A stretch of 32,000 bases of DNA from Horticoccus luteus (lineage in GTDB: Bacteria; Verrucomicrobiota; Verrucomicrobiia; Opitutales; Opitutaceae), in assembly GCF_019464535.1 (NCBI RefSeq), contig NZ_CP080507.1, positions 3,420,001 through 3,452,000 of the forward strand, written 5' to 3'. Shown in pieces: positions 1 through 9,169 of this stretch (positions are counted from its first letter, which is position 1; the number at the start of each line of letters is the position of its first letter). The notes under the pieces were generated by a model. It saw only the letters and a program-made list of their open reading frames with translations, did no database searches and was not told the origin of the DNA. The position numbers and the translations under genes were made by a program.

Positions 1-520
1 CCGCCAGCACGATGTCGCCCGCCTCCGCGAGCCGTCCCTCGCCCGTCTCACCGCACGCCGTCCGCCCGTGCCCAACCGGCAGGCAACGCACGCCCCACTC
101 GCGTAAACGCTCCACCGCCGCCCGCGTGGCCGGGTGTCGCCACATCTCCGGATTCATCGCCGGCGCCAGCAGCCACGGCGTCGTCCGTTCGCTCGCCAAA
201 AACAACGCCCCCGGCAAATCGTCCGCCAGCCCCGCCGCCAAGCGGTTCAACTGATTCGCCGTCGCCGGACACACCAGCACGAGATCCGCCCAGCGCGTGA
301 GATGCACGTGCTCCATCGCGCGCCCCGCGGTCCACAACTCCGTCGCCACCGGCTGCCCCGTCAGCCCCTCCAGCGTCGCCGCGCCCACGAACCGCAACGC
401 CGACGGCGTGGCCACCGCGCGTACCGTGTGCCCGGCTTGCACGAGCCGCGACAACGCCTCGCATGCTTTGTAGGCCGAAATCGACCCCGAGAGAATGAAC
501 AGGATTTTAGAGGGGGACAT
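1..520 (-). CDS. coaBC: Phosphopantothenoylcysteine decarboxylase flavoprotein domain (CoaC or N-terminal half of bifunctional CoaBC); 5' part only, gene runs off the left edge
   Basis: Absent from the ORF track because no stop lies in the window. My reverse-complement translation from the ATG (complement of 518-520) gives MSPSKILFILSGSISAYKACEALSRLVQAGHTVRAVATPSALRFVGAATLEGLTG...DLVLVCPATANQLNRLAAGLADDLPGALFLAS...WLLAPAMNPEMWRHPATRAAVERLREWGVRCLPVGHGRTACGETGEGRLAEAGDIV. This carries the SGS.AAYK, PATAN...LA.G.AD.L, PAMN..MW.HPAT and ACG..G.GRL.E motifs of Dfp/CoaC flavoproteins. The start overlaps the panC 3' end by 14 nt. Confidence 0.8.
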   Translation of the reverse strand, partial: MSPSKILFILSGSISAYKACEALSRLVQAGHTVRAVATPSALRFVGAATLEGLTGQPVATELWTAGRAMEHVHLTRWADLVLVCPATANQLNRLAAGLADDLPGALFLASERTTPWLLAPAMNPEMWRHPATRAAVERLREWGVRCLPVGHGRTACGETGEGRLAEAGDIVLA

Positions 521-1265
521 TGTCGATGAGTCGTGTGCCTTCGATGCGGATTGCGCCGAGCCGGACACCCGCCCGGTCGTCCACGTAATCCACGCCAAAT
601 CCCGCCGCCGTCAGGCGCTGCGCCGCCGTCGCGGCATCCGGCGACGTCCGCAAAATCTCCGAAAACGCCCCCGCCGCCGCACGCGCCCCGGCCGACAGGC
701 GCGCATTGCGCGAACTCAGCGCCAGCCCGTTGGCCTCGCGCACCGTCGCACACGCCACGATCTCGACCGGCAGAAAAAACGCCGCCGTCATGTCCTTCAC
801 CAACTGCAACTGCTGCCAGTCCTTCTCGCCGAAATACGCCCGCCGCGGTTGCACGAGGTGCAGCAACCGCAGCACCACCGTCAGCACGCCATCGAAATGC
901 CCCGGCCGGTGCGCTCCTTCCAGCTCTTGCGCCAGCTTCGTCTCCGTGACGCGAAAACGATACTCATCCGGATAAATCTCCGCCGGCGTCGGCGCGAACA
1001 CGTAGTCCGCCAGCCCCGCCGCCAGCGCCAAATCCTCCGGCAGCGTGCGCGGATACACCGCGAGATCCCGCGGATCGTTAAACTGCGTGGGGTTCACGAA
1101 AATGCTCAACACGGTTACGTCGCTTTCCACTCGCGCCCGTTCGAGCAACGCGCGGTGTCCCGCGTGCAGATTGCCCATCGTCGGCACGAAACCGATGCCC
1201 CGCGGCGACGCCGGTAACTCCGCCCGCACGCGACGCCATTCAGCGATGGAAGTGATCGTGCGCAT
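507..1265 (-). CDS. panC: Pantoate--beta-alanine ligase (pantothenate synthetase)
   Basis: Starts at internal Met85 of track ORF 507..1517: MRTITSIAEW...GFVPTMGNLHAGHRALL (PTMG.LH.GH motif), FVNPTQF, YFGEKDWQQ. The upstream 84 codons are Arg/Gly-rich and overlap panB out of frame. The ATG (1263-1265) overlaps the panB TGA (1265-1267) as ATGA. Confidence 0.9.
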   Translation of the reverse strand: MRTITSIAEWRRVRAELPASPRGIGFVPTMGNLHAGHRALLERARVESDVTVLSIFVNPTQFNDPRDLAVYPRTLPEDLALAAGLADYVFAPTPAEIYPDEYRFRVTETKLAQELEGAHRPGHFDGVLTVVLRLLHLVQPRRAYFGEKDWQQLQLVKDMTAAFFLPVEIVACATVREANGLALSSRNARLSAGARAAAGAFSEILRTSPDAATAAQRLTAAGFGVDYVDDRAGVRLGAIRIEGTRLIDNVPL

Positions 1266-2053
1266 CAGGCCGGAGTTTCTTCCGCCCCCGGAAACGCACC
1301 CGTGCGCACCGCCCGCACGTAGGCGTTGAGTGCATCCTTCGTCAGCGCGTGACCATCGGCAAACGCCCGCGCAAACGACGGCCGAAACGCCGCGTCGAGC
1401 CCGAGCAAATCCGTCCACACGAGCACCTGTCCGTCCGTGCCCTTTCCCGCGCCAATCCCGATCGTCGGAATCGTCCGCTCCTTCGAAATCCGCCGGGCGA
1501 GCGCCGACGGCACGCATTCCAACACCACGCCAAAAGCGCCCGCTGCTTCCAGCGCGCCCGCCTCCGCGCGAATCCGCGCCGCCGCCTTTACCTCGCGTCC
1601 CTGCACCCGGTGTCCGAGTTGGTGATACGATTGGGGCGTCAACCCCACGTGCCCCATTACCGGCACGCCGCTCTCGACCAGATGTTCAATGATCTCTCCG
1701 TGCCCCGCCACGCCCTCGATTTTTACCGCGTTCGCGCCCGCCCGAAGCAGGACGCCCGCCGCCTCCACCGCCGCCCCCCGCTCGCCGCGCACGCTGAGAA
1801 ACGGCATGTCGGCGATCACCAGCATCTCCGGCGCGCCGCGCCGCACCGCGGCCGTGTGCAAGGCCATCATTTCCACCGTCGCGTGAATCGTCGAGGCATG
1901 CCCATGCACCACCATCGCGACCGAGTCGCCCACCAAGATGGCATCGACGTCCGCCTCCGCCGCCGTCCGCGCCGCGAGCACATCATAGGCCGTCACGAGC
2001 GCGATTCGCTGCCGGGCGCGCTTCGCCCGCGAAAAATCGTGGATTGATTTCAC
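1265..2053 (-). CDS. panB: 3-methyl-2-oxobutanoate hydroxymethyltransferase (ketopantoate hydroxymethyltransferase)
   Basis: 262 aa. Contains RIALVTAYD, ILVGDSVAMVVHGH, VIADMPFLS and VKIEG, as in PanB. GTG start (complement of 2051-2053). Confidence 0.92.
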   Translation of the reverse strand: MKSIHDFSRAKRARQRIALVTAYDVLAARTAAEADVDAILVGDSVAMVVHGHASTIHATVEMMALHTAAVRRGAPEMLVIADMPFLSVRGERGAAVEAAGVLLRAGANAVKIEGVAGHGEIIEHLVESGVPVMGHVGLTPQSYHQLGHRVQGREVKAAARIRAEAGALEAAGAFGVVLECVPSALARRISKERTIPTIGIGAGKGTDGQVLVWTDLLGLDAAFRPSFARAFADGHALTKDALNAYVRAVRTGAFPGAEETPA

Positions 2054-2218
2054 GTCCGCCGCGGAGAGTTCGCAGCGGGAAATACACGCCGATGGTCGGC
2101 GGTGAGAGGTGCTGTTCGCATCGCGATATAGCCCGGAGGAAGGTTTGCTGATCGAGTGTCGCGGTCGCGATCGAGTTCGCGCTGGACGCCCTCACCGTCA
2201 CGCTCTTCCGCCCTTCCC

Positions 2219-2251
2219 GCAAACGAAATCTCCCGCCGGTGAGCGCGGCGG
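2219..2251 (-). terminator. Possible weak intrinsic terminator downstream of trkA
   Basis: On the minus strand, CCGCCG (2251-2246), a 7-nt loop and CGGCGG (2238-2233), followed by GAGAUUUCGUUUGC. The stem is only 6 bp. It lies about 35 nt after the trkA stop. Confidence 0.3.
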
Positions 2252-2286
2252 AAGGCAGGCCCGGATCGCGTCTCGCGCCCGCTCCT

Positions 2287-2967
2287 CTACTTCTTCTCCA
2301 CCTCGCCGCACTCCCGTTCGAATCGCCCCACCTCGTCGCGCTTGCCCACCACCAGCAGTTCGCAACCTTCCGCCAGTTGCAGCCCCGCCCGCGCCTCCTC
2401 CACCACAATCCGGTCCTGGCCCGGCCGCTTCAACAACACCGCGGTGACTCCAAAACGATGCGGCAACTGCGCCGACGCCAGCGTCTGCCCCGCCAGGGCC
2501 GGGCCGAGCCGCACGTCCGCCAGCACGTAATCACCCACGAGCGAATGCCGCGCCCCGCGCGCATCCTCGTGCAACCGCTCCGCCAGATGAAACGCCACCT
2601 CGCGCGCCGGCAGCAGCACCTCCTCCACCCCGAGCCGTTCGAGCACCTGCGCGTGCTTCGTATCCTGCGCACGCGCCACCACGCGTTTCGCGCCCAGCTG
2701 CTTCAATAGCAGGCTCGTCAGGATGCTCGCCTGCATGGAATCGCCGATCCCGACGACCACGACATCCGCATCCAGCGCCCCCGATTCGCGCAACGCATCC
2801 TCGTCGGTCGCGTCCATCTCCAGCGCATGGTAACCGTCGTCGGCCAGATCCTTCACGCGCTCAGGGTTGATGTCCCCGACCACCACTTCGCAACCGAGCT
2901 CGGCCAGGCGCGACGCCAGATGCACCCCGAACCGCCCGCCACCGATGATGAAGATTCGTTTCGCCAT
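2287..2967 (-). CDS. trkA: Trk/Ktr-type K+ uptake system, NAD-binding RCK subunit
   Basis: 226 aa. MAKRIFIIGGGRFGVHLASRL is a Rossmann GxGxxG. An RCK_N plus RCK_C layout is apparent (VLADVRLGPALAGQTLASAQLPHRFGVTAVLLKR). The start lies 6 nt after the trkH stop. Confidence 0.9.
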   Translation of the reverse strand: MAKRIFIIGGGRFGVHLASRLAELGCEVVVGDINPERVKDLADDGYHALEMDATDEDALRESGALDADVVVVGIGDSMQASILTSLLLKQLGAKRVVARAQDTKHAQVLERLGVEEVLLPAREVAFHLAERLHEDARGARHSLVGDYVLADVRLGPALAGQTLASAQLPHRFGVTAVLLKRPGQDRIVVEEARAGLQLAEGCELLVVGKRDEVGRFERECGEVEKK

Positions 2968-2973
2968 AAAAAC

Positions 2974-4410
2974 TCAGCCGAGCGCCACCTGCTCCTCGGC
3001 GTAACGGGTGTGCCACCGCTTCACCGGCCGCGCCAGATAAACCGCCAGCAACATCGGCGCCACCCGCCCGATGAACATCAACGCGATCACCACCAGCTTC
3101 CCCGCCATCGTCAGCAACGGCGTCACCCCCGCGCTCAAGCCCACCGTGCCGAAAGCCGACACCGCTTCAAAGATCACGCCCAGCCAATGATCCGGCGCCG
3201 CCGACGCCGGCGCGCGAAATTCCGTGAACATCAACGCAATCACGCCTGCGCCCACAATTGTCGCCGCCACGAGACCGATCATCAACGCGATCGCACTCGT
3301 GCGCGCATTGATCCGCCGGCCGAAAATCTCCACGTTCTCCTTGCGCTGCAGTGCCGCGCGCGCCGTCGCAAACAACACCGCGAAGGTCACCGTTTTGATT
3401 CCTCCCGCCATCGAGCCCGGAGAACCGCCGACAAACATCAGCCCCAGTCCCAGCACCAGCGTCGCCGGATGCATCAACGTCACATCCACCACGTTGAATC
3501 CCGCCGTGCGCAGCGAGGTCGCATGGAAAAACGCCCACGAAATCCTCCGCCCCAGCGGCTCGCCCGCCAGCGTCGCGTGCCACTCAAACAACAACGTCGC
3601 CAGCGTGCCGCCCACGAGCAGCAACGCCGACACGGTCGCCGCCAGTCGCGTCTGCAGCGTCAGTTGCCCGCGCTCGCGCGGATCGTGCCGCCAGAATCGG
3701 AAATAGCGCAGGTTGACGAGCGACAACAGCCCGATGCCGCCCAGAATCACGAGCACGTCGATGATGCTCAGCAGCATCGCATCGCCCCGCCAGCGCACGA
3801 GCCCTTCCGGGAAAATCGAGAACCCCGCATTACAAAACGCGCTCACCGCGTGAAACACCGCCTGCCACAGCAACTGCACCTGATCCGCGCCCGGATTGAC
3901 CGCGCGCAGTCGCCAGAACAATCCCGCCGCGCCCGCGGTTTCCGCGAGCACCACCGCCAGACAGCTGAACCGAAACAACTCCGCCGGCCGCGCCCGCTGC
4001 AACCGCCCGATCGTCGCTGCCACCGCGCCTTCATGCGCGAGTGACAACCGTCGCCGTCCCAGCATCACGAGCATCAAACTCGCCGTCACAATCCCCAGCC
4101 CGCCGAATTGGATCAACGTCAGCACCACCGCCTGCCCGAAACCGCTCAACGTTTCCGCGATATTGATCGGCGTGAGCCCCGTCACACACACCGCCGACGT
4201 CGACACAAACAGCGCGTCGATCACCGTCAGCCGGTGCCCCGCCGCATGCGCCGCAGGCAGCAGCAGCGCGCCCGCGCCCACCAGAATCAATGCGAGAAAC
4301 CCCAGCGCCACCGGCCGCAGATCCGGATCGCGCCGATGCGGCTGAAACACCGACATCCATTGCAAATCGCGCAACGTCAGGGTGCGGGCAATATCGGCCG
4401 GACGTAACAT
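2974..4410 (-). CDS. trkH: TrkH/KtrB-family K+ transporter membrane subunit
   Basis: 478 aa and polytopic. Four pore-loop glycine motifs are spaced through the protein: SAVCVTGLT, SAFCNAGFS, SLRTAGFN, SAFGTVGLS. Confidence 0.9.
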   Translation of the reverse strand: MLRPADIARTLTLRDLQWMSVFQPHRRDPDLRPVALGFLALILVGAGALLLPAAHAAGHRLTVIDALFVSTSAVCVTGLTPINIAETLSGFGQAVVLTLIQFGGLGIVTASLMLVMLGRRRLSLAHEGAVAATIGRLQRARPAELFRFSCLAVVLAETAGAAGLFWRLRAVNPGADQVQLLWQAVFHAVSAFCNAGFSIFPEGLVRWRGDAMLLSIIDVLVILGGIGLLSLVNLRYFRFWRHDPRERGQLTLQTRLAATVSALLLVGGTLATLLFEWHATLAGEPLGRRISWAFFHATSLRTAGFNVVDVTLMHPATLVLGLGLMFVGGSPGSMAGGIKTVTFAVLFATARAALQRKENVEIFGRRINARTSAIALMIGLVAATIVGAGVIALMFTEFRAPASAAPDHWLGVIFEAVSAFGTVGLSAGVTPLLTMAGKLVVIALMFIGRVAPMLLAVYLARPVKRWHTRYAEEQVALG

Positions 4411-4496
4411 TCACCGTAACGGGCTGGGGAGATTCGCCAGAGTTTCGAGACATTTCTTTCGCCGGCCCGCCTCGCGCCCCCGTTCTGCGCGACCGC

Positions 4497-4523
4497 AATC
4501 AAACGCGCGCAGCCTCGCGCGCG
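4497..4523 (-). terminator. Putative intrinsic terminator between glgP and trkH
   Basis: On the minus-strand RNA, CGCGCGC (4523-4517), loop GAGGCU and GCGCGCG (4510-4504), followed by UUUGAUU (4503-4497). The stem is 7 bp and all G:C. It starts 83 nt downstream of the glgP stop. Confidence 0.45.
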
Positions 4524-4605
4524 GCGTCTGGCCGCACGGCGAAAATGTCCGCGGCCCCGGGCGTCCCGGTTAAATCATCTGCGCCTCAATCGGTGGCGCG
4601 AGCCG

Positions 4606-7110
4606 TCACCCCTCGACCGCGACGCGCGGCAAATTCCAAATCTGATCCGCGTAGTCGCGAATCGTCCGGTCGCTCGAAAACTTTCCAACCCGCGCCGTGT
4701 TGAGGATCGCCATTCGCGCCCAGCGCACGCGATCGCGATACGCCGCATCCACCCGCGCCTGGCAGTCGCAATACGCGCGATAGTCCGCCAGCACCATGAA
4801 CGGATCCCCGCCCAGCAGACTGTGGTGCGTCGCGCCAAACGCTTCATGTTCGCCCGGCGAAAAGAAGTCCGAGCCGAGCCAGTCCACCACCGCCTTCAAT
4901 TCCTCGTCTGCGCGGTAAACCGCCTGCGGATCGTAGCCCCGCGCGCGCAACGCCTCCACTTCATCCACCGTCATCCCGAAGATGAAGATGTTGTCGTCGC
5001 CCACCTCCTCCTTGATCTCAACGTTCGCCCCATCGAGCGTGCCGATTGTCAACGCGCCATTGAGCGCGAGCTTCATGTTGCCCGTGCCCGATGCCTCCTT
5101 GCCCGCCGTCGAAATCTGCTCCGACAAATCCGCCGCCGGAATGATTTTCTCCGCGAGCGACACCCGGTAGTTCGGCAGAAACGCCACCTTCAACTTTCCG
5201 CCGAGCCGTTGATCCTGGTTGATTTTCGCTCCGACCAGATTGATCGCGCGGATGATGTTTTTCGCCAGGTCGTAGCCCGGCGCAGCCTTCGCCGCGAAAA
5301 TGAAGACACGCGGCACCACGTCGAGCGACGGATTCTGCAACAGCCGCCGGTAAAGCGTGAGGATGTGCAGCAAGTTCAGATGCTGCCGCTTGTATTCGTG
5401 CAGCCGCTTGATTTGCACGTCGAACAACGCGTCGGGCGACACCTCCAGGCCGCACTCCGCCTTGACCACCGCCGCGAGGTCCACCTTGTTGGCGCGCTTG
5501 ATCGCCATGAACTCCTGCTGAAACGCCGCATCGTCCGCCATCCGCTCGAGCCCGCGCAATTCGTCGAGTTCGCGCGGCCAGCGATGGTGATGCAGCGTGC
5601 GCGTGATCAACGCGGCCAGCCGCGGATTGCTTTGCAGCAGCCAGCGGCGCGGCGTGATGCCGTTGGTCTTGTTCTGGAATTTGCCGGGAAACAGCGCGTC
5701 GAACTCCGGAAACAGATGCTTCTTCAACAACTCCGTGTGCAGTTCCGCCACGCCGTTGACCGCATGCGAGCCGACCACCGCGAGGTTCGCCATGCGCACC
5801 ATCTTCTGCCCATTCTCCTCGATCAGCGAACACACCCGCTTCTTTTCATTATCCCCGGGCCACTTCGCTTCGATCGCCTGCATCAGGCGCGCGTTGATCT
5901 CGTAAATGATTTGGAGATGCCGCGGCAGCACGCGCTCAAACAGCGGCACGCCCCACTTTTCCAACGCTTCCGGCAGCAACGTGTGATTGGTGTAGGCGAA
6001 GGTGCGCGTGATGATCTCCCACGTCGCGTCCCGCCCCATGTTTTCTTCGTCGATCAGGATCCGCATCAGCTCCGTGATCGCGAGCGCCGGATGCGTGTCG
6101 TTCAGTTGCACCGCCACCTTGTCCGCGAAATTCGCCCACGTGTTGTCCGGCTTCCGGAAGTGCCGCCGGATGATGTCGCGCAACGAGCACGCCACGAAGA
6201 AATATTGCTGCACCAGGCGCAGCTCCTTGCCGTTCTCCGTCTTGTCGTTCGGATAAAGCACCTTCGAGATGCTCTCGCCCACCGACTTGTCGCGCACCGC
6301 CTCGACATAGCCGCCGGAATTGAACGCCGCCAAATCGAAATCATCCGTCGCCTTCGACGCCCACAACCGCAGCAGATTCACCGTATTCGTGCCGTAGCCC
6401 GCGACCGGCACATCGTGCGGCACGCCGAGAATCGTCTTCGTGTCCACCCAGCGCGGCCGGTAGTTGCCGCGGTCGTCGAAGACGTTTTCCACGCGACCGT
6501 AGAGTGGCACCCGCTGCGTGTATTCCGCGCGCAGCACCTCCCACGGATCGCCGAAAATCCGCCAGCGATCCGGATGCTCCACCTGGCTCCCGTTGACGAA
6601 CTCCTGCTTGAACAAACCGAACTCGTAATAAATCCCGTAGCCCAGCGCCGGATAATCCATCGTGGACAACGAATCCATGAAACACGCCGCGAGCCGCCCC
6701 AGGCCGCCGTTGCCCAAGCCCATGTCCAATTCCGTTTCGCGCACCTCGTCGAAATTCACGCCCAGCTGGCCGAGCGCGCTGCGCGCCGTCTCATACAAAC
6801 CCGCCGCCAGCAGATTGCTCTCGAACAGCCGGCCCATCAGATACTCGAGCGATAAATAATACACACGCCGCACATTCTTCGCCTTGTGCGTCGCCTTCGT
6901 GGCGATGAACCGCTCGTAAATCGTGTCGCGCACCGCGTGCGAGGTCGCGATCCACCAGTCGTAAGTCGTCGCGGTCGCCGCCGAGCGCGCGCGCGTTGAA
7001 ACCAGATGACTGAGAATCAACTCCTTCATCGCCTCTTCCGGCGTGCTGGCGGCGCACATGCGGCCAAGCGTGGAAGTGATCGGAGCGGCAGGCGAATCGG
7101 GAGACATCAT
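4606..7110 (-). CDS. glgP: Glycogen/maltodextrin phosphorylase (GT35)
   Basis: 834 aa. Has the PLP-lysine signature [28 protein letters not shown], plus [10 protein letters not shown] and [14 protein letters not shown]. The true start could instead be an internal Met, for example MKELILSHL at 7029. Confidence 0.95.
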   Translation of the reverse strand: MMSPDSPAAPITSTLGRMCAASTPEEAMKELILSHLVSTRARSAATATTYDWWIATSHAVRDTIYERFIATKATHKAKNVRRVYYLSLEYLMGRLFESNLLAAGLYETARSALGQLGVNFDEVRETELDMGLGNGGLGRLAACFMDSLSTMDYPALGYGIYYEFGLFKQEFVNGSQVEHPDRWRIFGDPWEVLRAEYTQRVPLYGRVENVFDDRGNYRPRWVDTKTILGVPHDVPVAGYGTNTVNLLRLWASKATDDFDLAAFNSGGYVEAVRDKSVGESISKVLYPNDKTENGKELRLVQQYFFVACSLRDIIRRHFRKPDNTWANFADKVAVQLNDTHPALAITELMRILIDEENMGRDATWEIITRTFAYTNHTLLPEALEKWGVPLFERVLPRHLQIIYEINARLMQAIEAKWPGDNEKKRVCSLIEENGQKMVRMANLAVVGSHAVNGVAELHTELLKKHLFPEFDALFPGKFQNKTNGITPRRWLLQSNPRLAALITRTLHHHRWPRELDELRGLERMADDAAFQQEFMAIKRANKVDLAAVVKAECGLEVSPDALFDVQIKRLHEYKRQHLNLLHILTLYRRLLQNPSLDVVPRVFIFAAKAAPGYDLAKNIIRAINLVGAKINQDQRLGGKLKVAFLPNYRVSLAEKIIPAADLSEQISTAGKEASGTGNMKLALNGALTIGTLDGANVEIKEEVGDDNIFIFGMTVDEVEALRARGYDPQAVYRADEELKAVVDWLGSDFFSPGEHEAFGATHHSLLGGDPFMVLADYRAYCDCQARVDAAYRDRVRWARMAILNTARVGKFSSDRTIRDYADQIWNLPRVAVEG

Positions 7111-7161
7111 GCGCAGAAGGTTAAACGCCAGTGTCGTGCCACCCGCCGATGCGGGTCACGC

Positions 7162-9045
7162 CTATTTTTGAAACCGTCGCGCCAGCTCGCTGTGATTCAA
7201 CTCGATAAACGTCGGCCGCCCCGCCGGGCTCGTCAGCGGCGACCGCGTCGCAAAAAGTTGCGCCACGAGCGCCTGCACCGCCGTCTCGTTCGCCTCCGCC
7301 GGCAAACGCACCGCCTTCGCCACCGCCAGCCGCGCCAGCTCCTCGCGCGCCAGATCAACGTTCGCCGTCTGCATCCGCCCCTCGCGCATCGCTCCAAGCA
7401 CGTCGCGCAAAAATCCTTCCGCATCCGCCGGCTCCATCCACCCCGGCACCCCTTCCACGCGGAAAAAATTGCGCCCGAATTCCGCCACATCGAGGCCATG
7501 CGCCGCAAGAAACGCCAGCCGGTCCAACAGCATCGCCGCCGCGATCGGATCGAGTTCGATCGGCACCGGCAGCAGCAACCGCTGGCTCGGCACCGCCCCG
7601 CCCTGAAATTGGTCCTGCAACCGTTCAAACCACACGCGCTCGTGCGCCGCCCGCCGGTCGAGCAGCACCAACCCCGCCGCCGTCTCGAACAACACGTAGC
7701 TCCCGTGCGCCAGTCCCACAAACCGCCACGCCGGCGCCCCCGGTTTCGCCATCGCGACCGGCGTCGCCTCCGCCGTCCCGCTCTCCCGGTGCCCCGCGTT
7801 GCCCGGCCGAGCCGCACTCGCAGAATCTCTCGCGCTCCCCGCGGGCAGAGTGTTCCCCGGATAACTCGCCCCCGCATTCCCAAGCTGGACCGCGCGGCCA
7901 GCCGCCACCCTGCCATCCTGCTGCAGCGGGCGCGCCATCCCAGTCGCCTGCGCTTTGCCGCCCGCCTCCACCGGATTTCTCATTTCGAACGGCGGCGTCT
8001 CCTGTCCCTCCCTCCGATCACGGATTTCCTCCGCTCCGCCCGCCGCCACTCCCGCACTTAACTCCCGCAGTCGCGCCAGCACCGCTCGAATCACAAACCC
8101 CCGCACCGCCGGTTCGCTGCGGAAACGCACCTCGCGCTTCGCCGGATGCACGTTCACATCCACCGCCGCCGGATCGCATTCGAAAAACAAAAACGCCACC
8201 GGGTAGCGTCCCTTCGGCAGCGATTCGTGATAACTCTCGATCAACGCATAGTTGAGCGTGCGGCTGTCCACCGGCCGACCGTTCACGAAGACGATCATCT
8301 CGTGCCGCGTGCCGCGCCCGAAGCCCGGCCGCCCGATCAATCCGCTCAACCGCATCCCCGCCTCCGCCGCCTCGATCGACACAATCTCCCCCGCCGTCTG
8401 CCGCCCAAAAATCTCGCCCACCCGCTCGCGCAACGTCGCCGCCTGCGGCGAACGAAACACCACATGCCCGTCCTCGATCAACGTGAACGCCGTGCCCGGA
8501 CACGCCAGCGCGTAGAGCCGCACACACTGAATGATGTGCGCCGCCTCCGTCTGGTCGGTCTTGAGAAACTTGCGTCGCGCCGGCACCGAGTTGAACAACT
8601 GCGCCACCTCGATCCGCGTGCCCACCGGACGCCCGCAATCGCGCACATGCACAAACTTGCCGCCGTTGACCAGGATCTCCGTGCCCACGTCCGCGCTCGC
8701 CTCGCGCGTCTGCAATTCGAAACGCGACACGCTCGCGATCGACGGCAGCGCCTCGCCGCGAAATCCGTAACTCGCCAACCGATCCAGATCGTCCGCCTCC
8801 GCGATCTTGCTCGTCGCATGCCGCTCCAACGCGAGCAACGCATCGTCGCGCATCATCCCCTGTCCATTGTCCTCCACGCGCATCAACGCCCGCCCGCCAT
8901 GGCGAAACTCCACCTCGATCCGCGTGGCCCCGGCGTCCAGCGCGTTCTCGACCAGCTCCTTCACCACCGCCGCCGGCCGCTCAATCACCTCGCCCGCGGC
9001 GATCTGATTCGCCACGCGGTCGGAGAGGATGCGGACTTTGGCCAT
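7162..9045 (-). CDS. mutL: DNA mismatch repair protein MutL
   Basis: 627 aa. GHKL ATPase motifs are present: NQIAAGEVIERPAAVVKELVENALDAGA, DNGQGM, GFRGEALPSIA. A low-complexity linker separates these from a MutL C-terminal dimerisation domain. See the finding on the endonuclease motifs. Confidence 0.93.
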   Translation of the reverse strand: MAKVRILSDRVANQIAAGEVIERPAAVVKELVENALDAGATRIEVEFRHGGRALMRVEDNGQGMMRDDALLALERHATSKIAEADDLDRLASYGFRGEALPSIASVSRFELQTREASADVGTEILVNGGKFVHVRDCGRPVGTRIEVAQLFNSVPARRKFLKTDQTEAAHIIQCVRLYALACPGTAFTLIEDGHVVFRSPQAATLRERVGEIFGRQTAGEIVSIEAAEAGMRLSGLIGRPGFGRGTRHEMIVFVNGRPVDSRTLNYALIESYHESLPKGRYPVAFLFFECDPAAVDVNVHPAKREVRFRSEPAVRGFVIRAVLARLRELSAGVAAGGAEEIRDRREGQETPPFEMRNPVEAGGKAQATGMARPLQQDGRVAAGRAVQLGNAGASYPGNTLPAGSARDSASAARPGNAGHRESGTAEATPVAMAKPGAPAWRFVGLAHGSYVLFETAAGLVLLDRRAAHERVWFERLQDQFQGGAVPSQRLLLPVPIELDPIAAAMLLDRLAFLAAHGLDVAEFGRNFFRVEGVPGWMEPADAEGFLRDVLGAMREGRMQTANVDLAREELARLAVAKAVRLPAEANETAVQALVAQLFATRSPLTSPAGRPTFIELNHSELARRFQK

Positions 9046-9169
9046 GGTCGAAGGAAGGACTCGCTTTCATCGCGGCTTTGCGCGGACGGGTCAACGCACA
9101 CCCGACTTTTTCTCGTCCGCCGCCCTTCGGGCACCAACCCGGCGTCGATCCTTCAGCTTCGCCGCGCGT

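Noticed and set aside
2310-2328. GTTCGAATC, a tRNA T-loop-like word.
   Set aside because: The flanking bases cannot form a T-stem (tcccg / cgccc are not complementary), and the word lies inside the trkA coding sequence. No tRNA-like cloverleaf was seen anywhere in the window.
4411-4605. Possible c-di-AMP (ydaO-type) riboswitch in the 195-nt leader of the K+ transporter gene trkH. Fragments such as ACGGGGG, GCGAAUC and GGUGAAU are present.
   Set aside because: The fragments are short, in the wrong order and spacing for the pseudo-twofold ydaO architecture, and one of them includes the start codon. The dominant structure is better read as a glgP terminator (4497-4523). A cmsearch with the ydaO-yuaA model would settle it.
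4822-6855. 677-aa + strand ORF antisense to glgP. Similar long ORFs: 7006-8061, 8146-9339, 9029-10513, 11761-13326, 13261-14319, 14430-15380, 16375-17271, 17435-18460, 20043-21398, 20994-22142, 22168-23148, 23450-24388, 27254-28240, 28560-30248, 30530-31987.
   Set aside because: All are extremely Arg/Pro/His/Gly/Ala-rich with no recognisable motifs. Each lies opposite, or out of frame with, a gene that has clear family signatures. They are the stop-codon-poor shadow frames typical of very GC-rich DNA.
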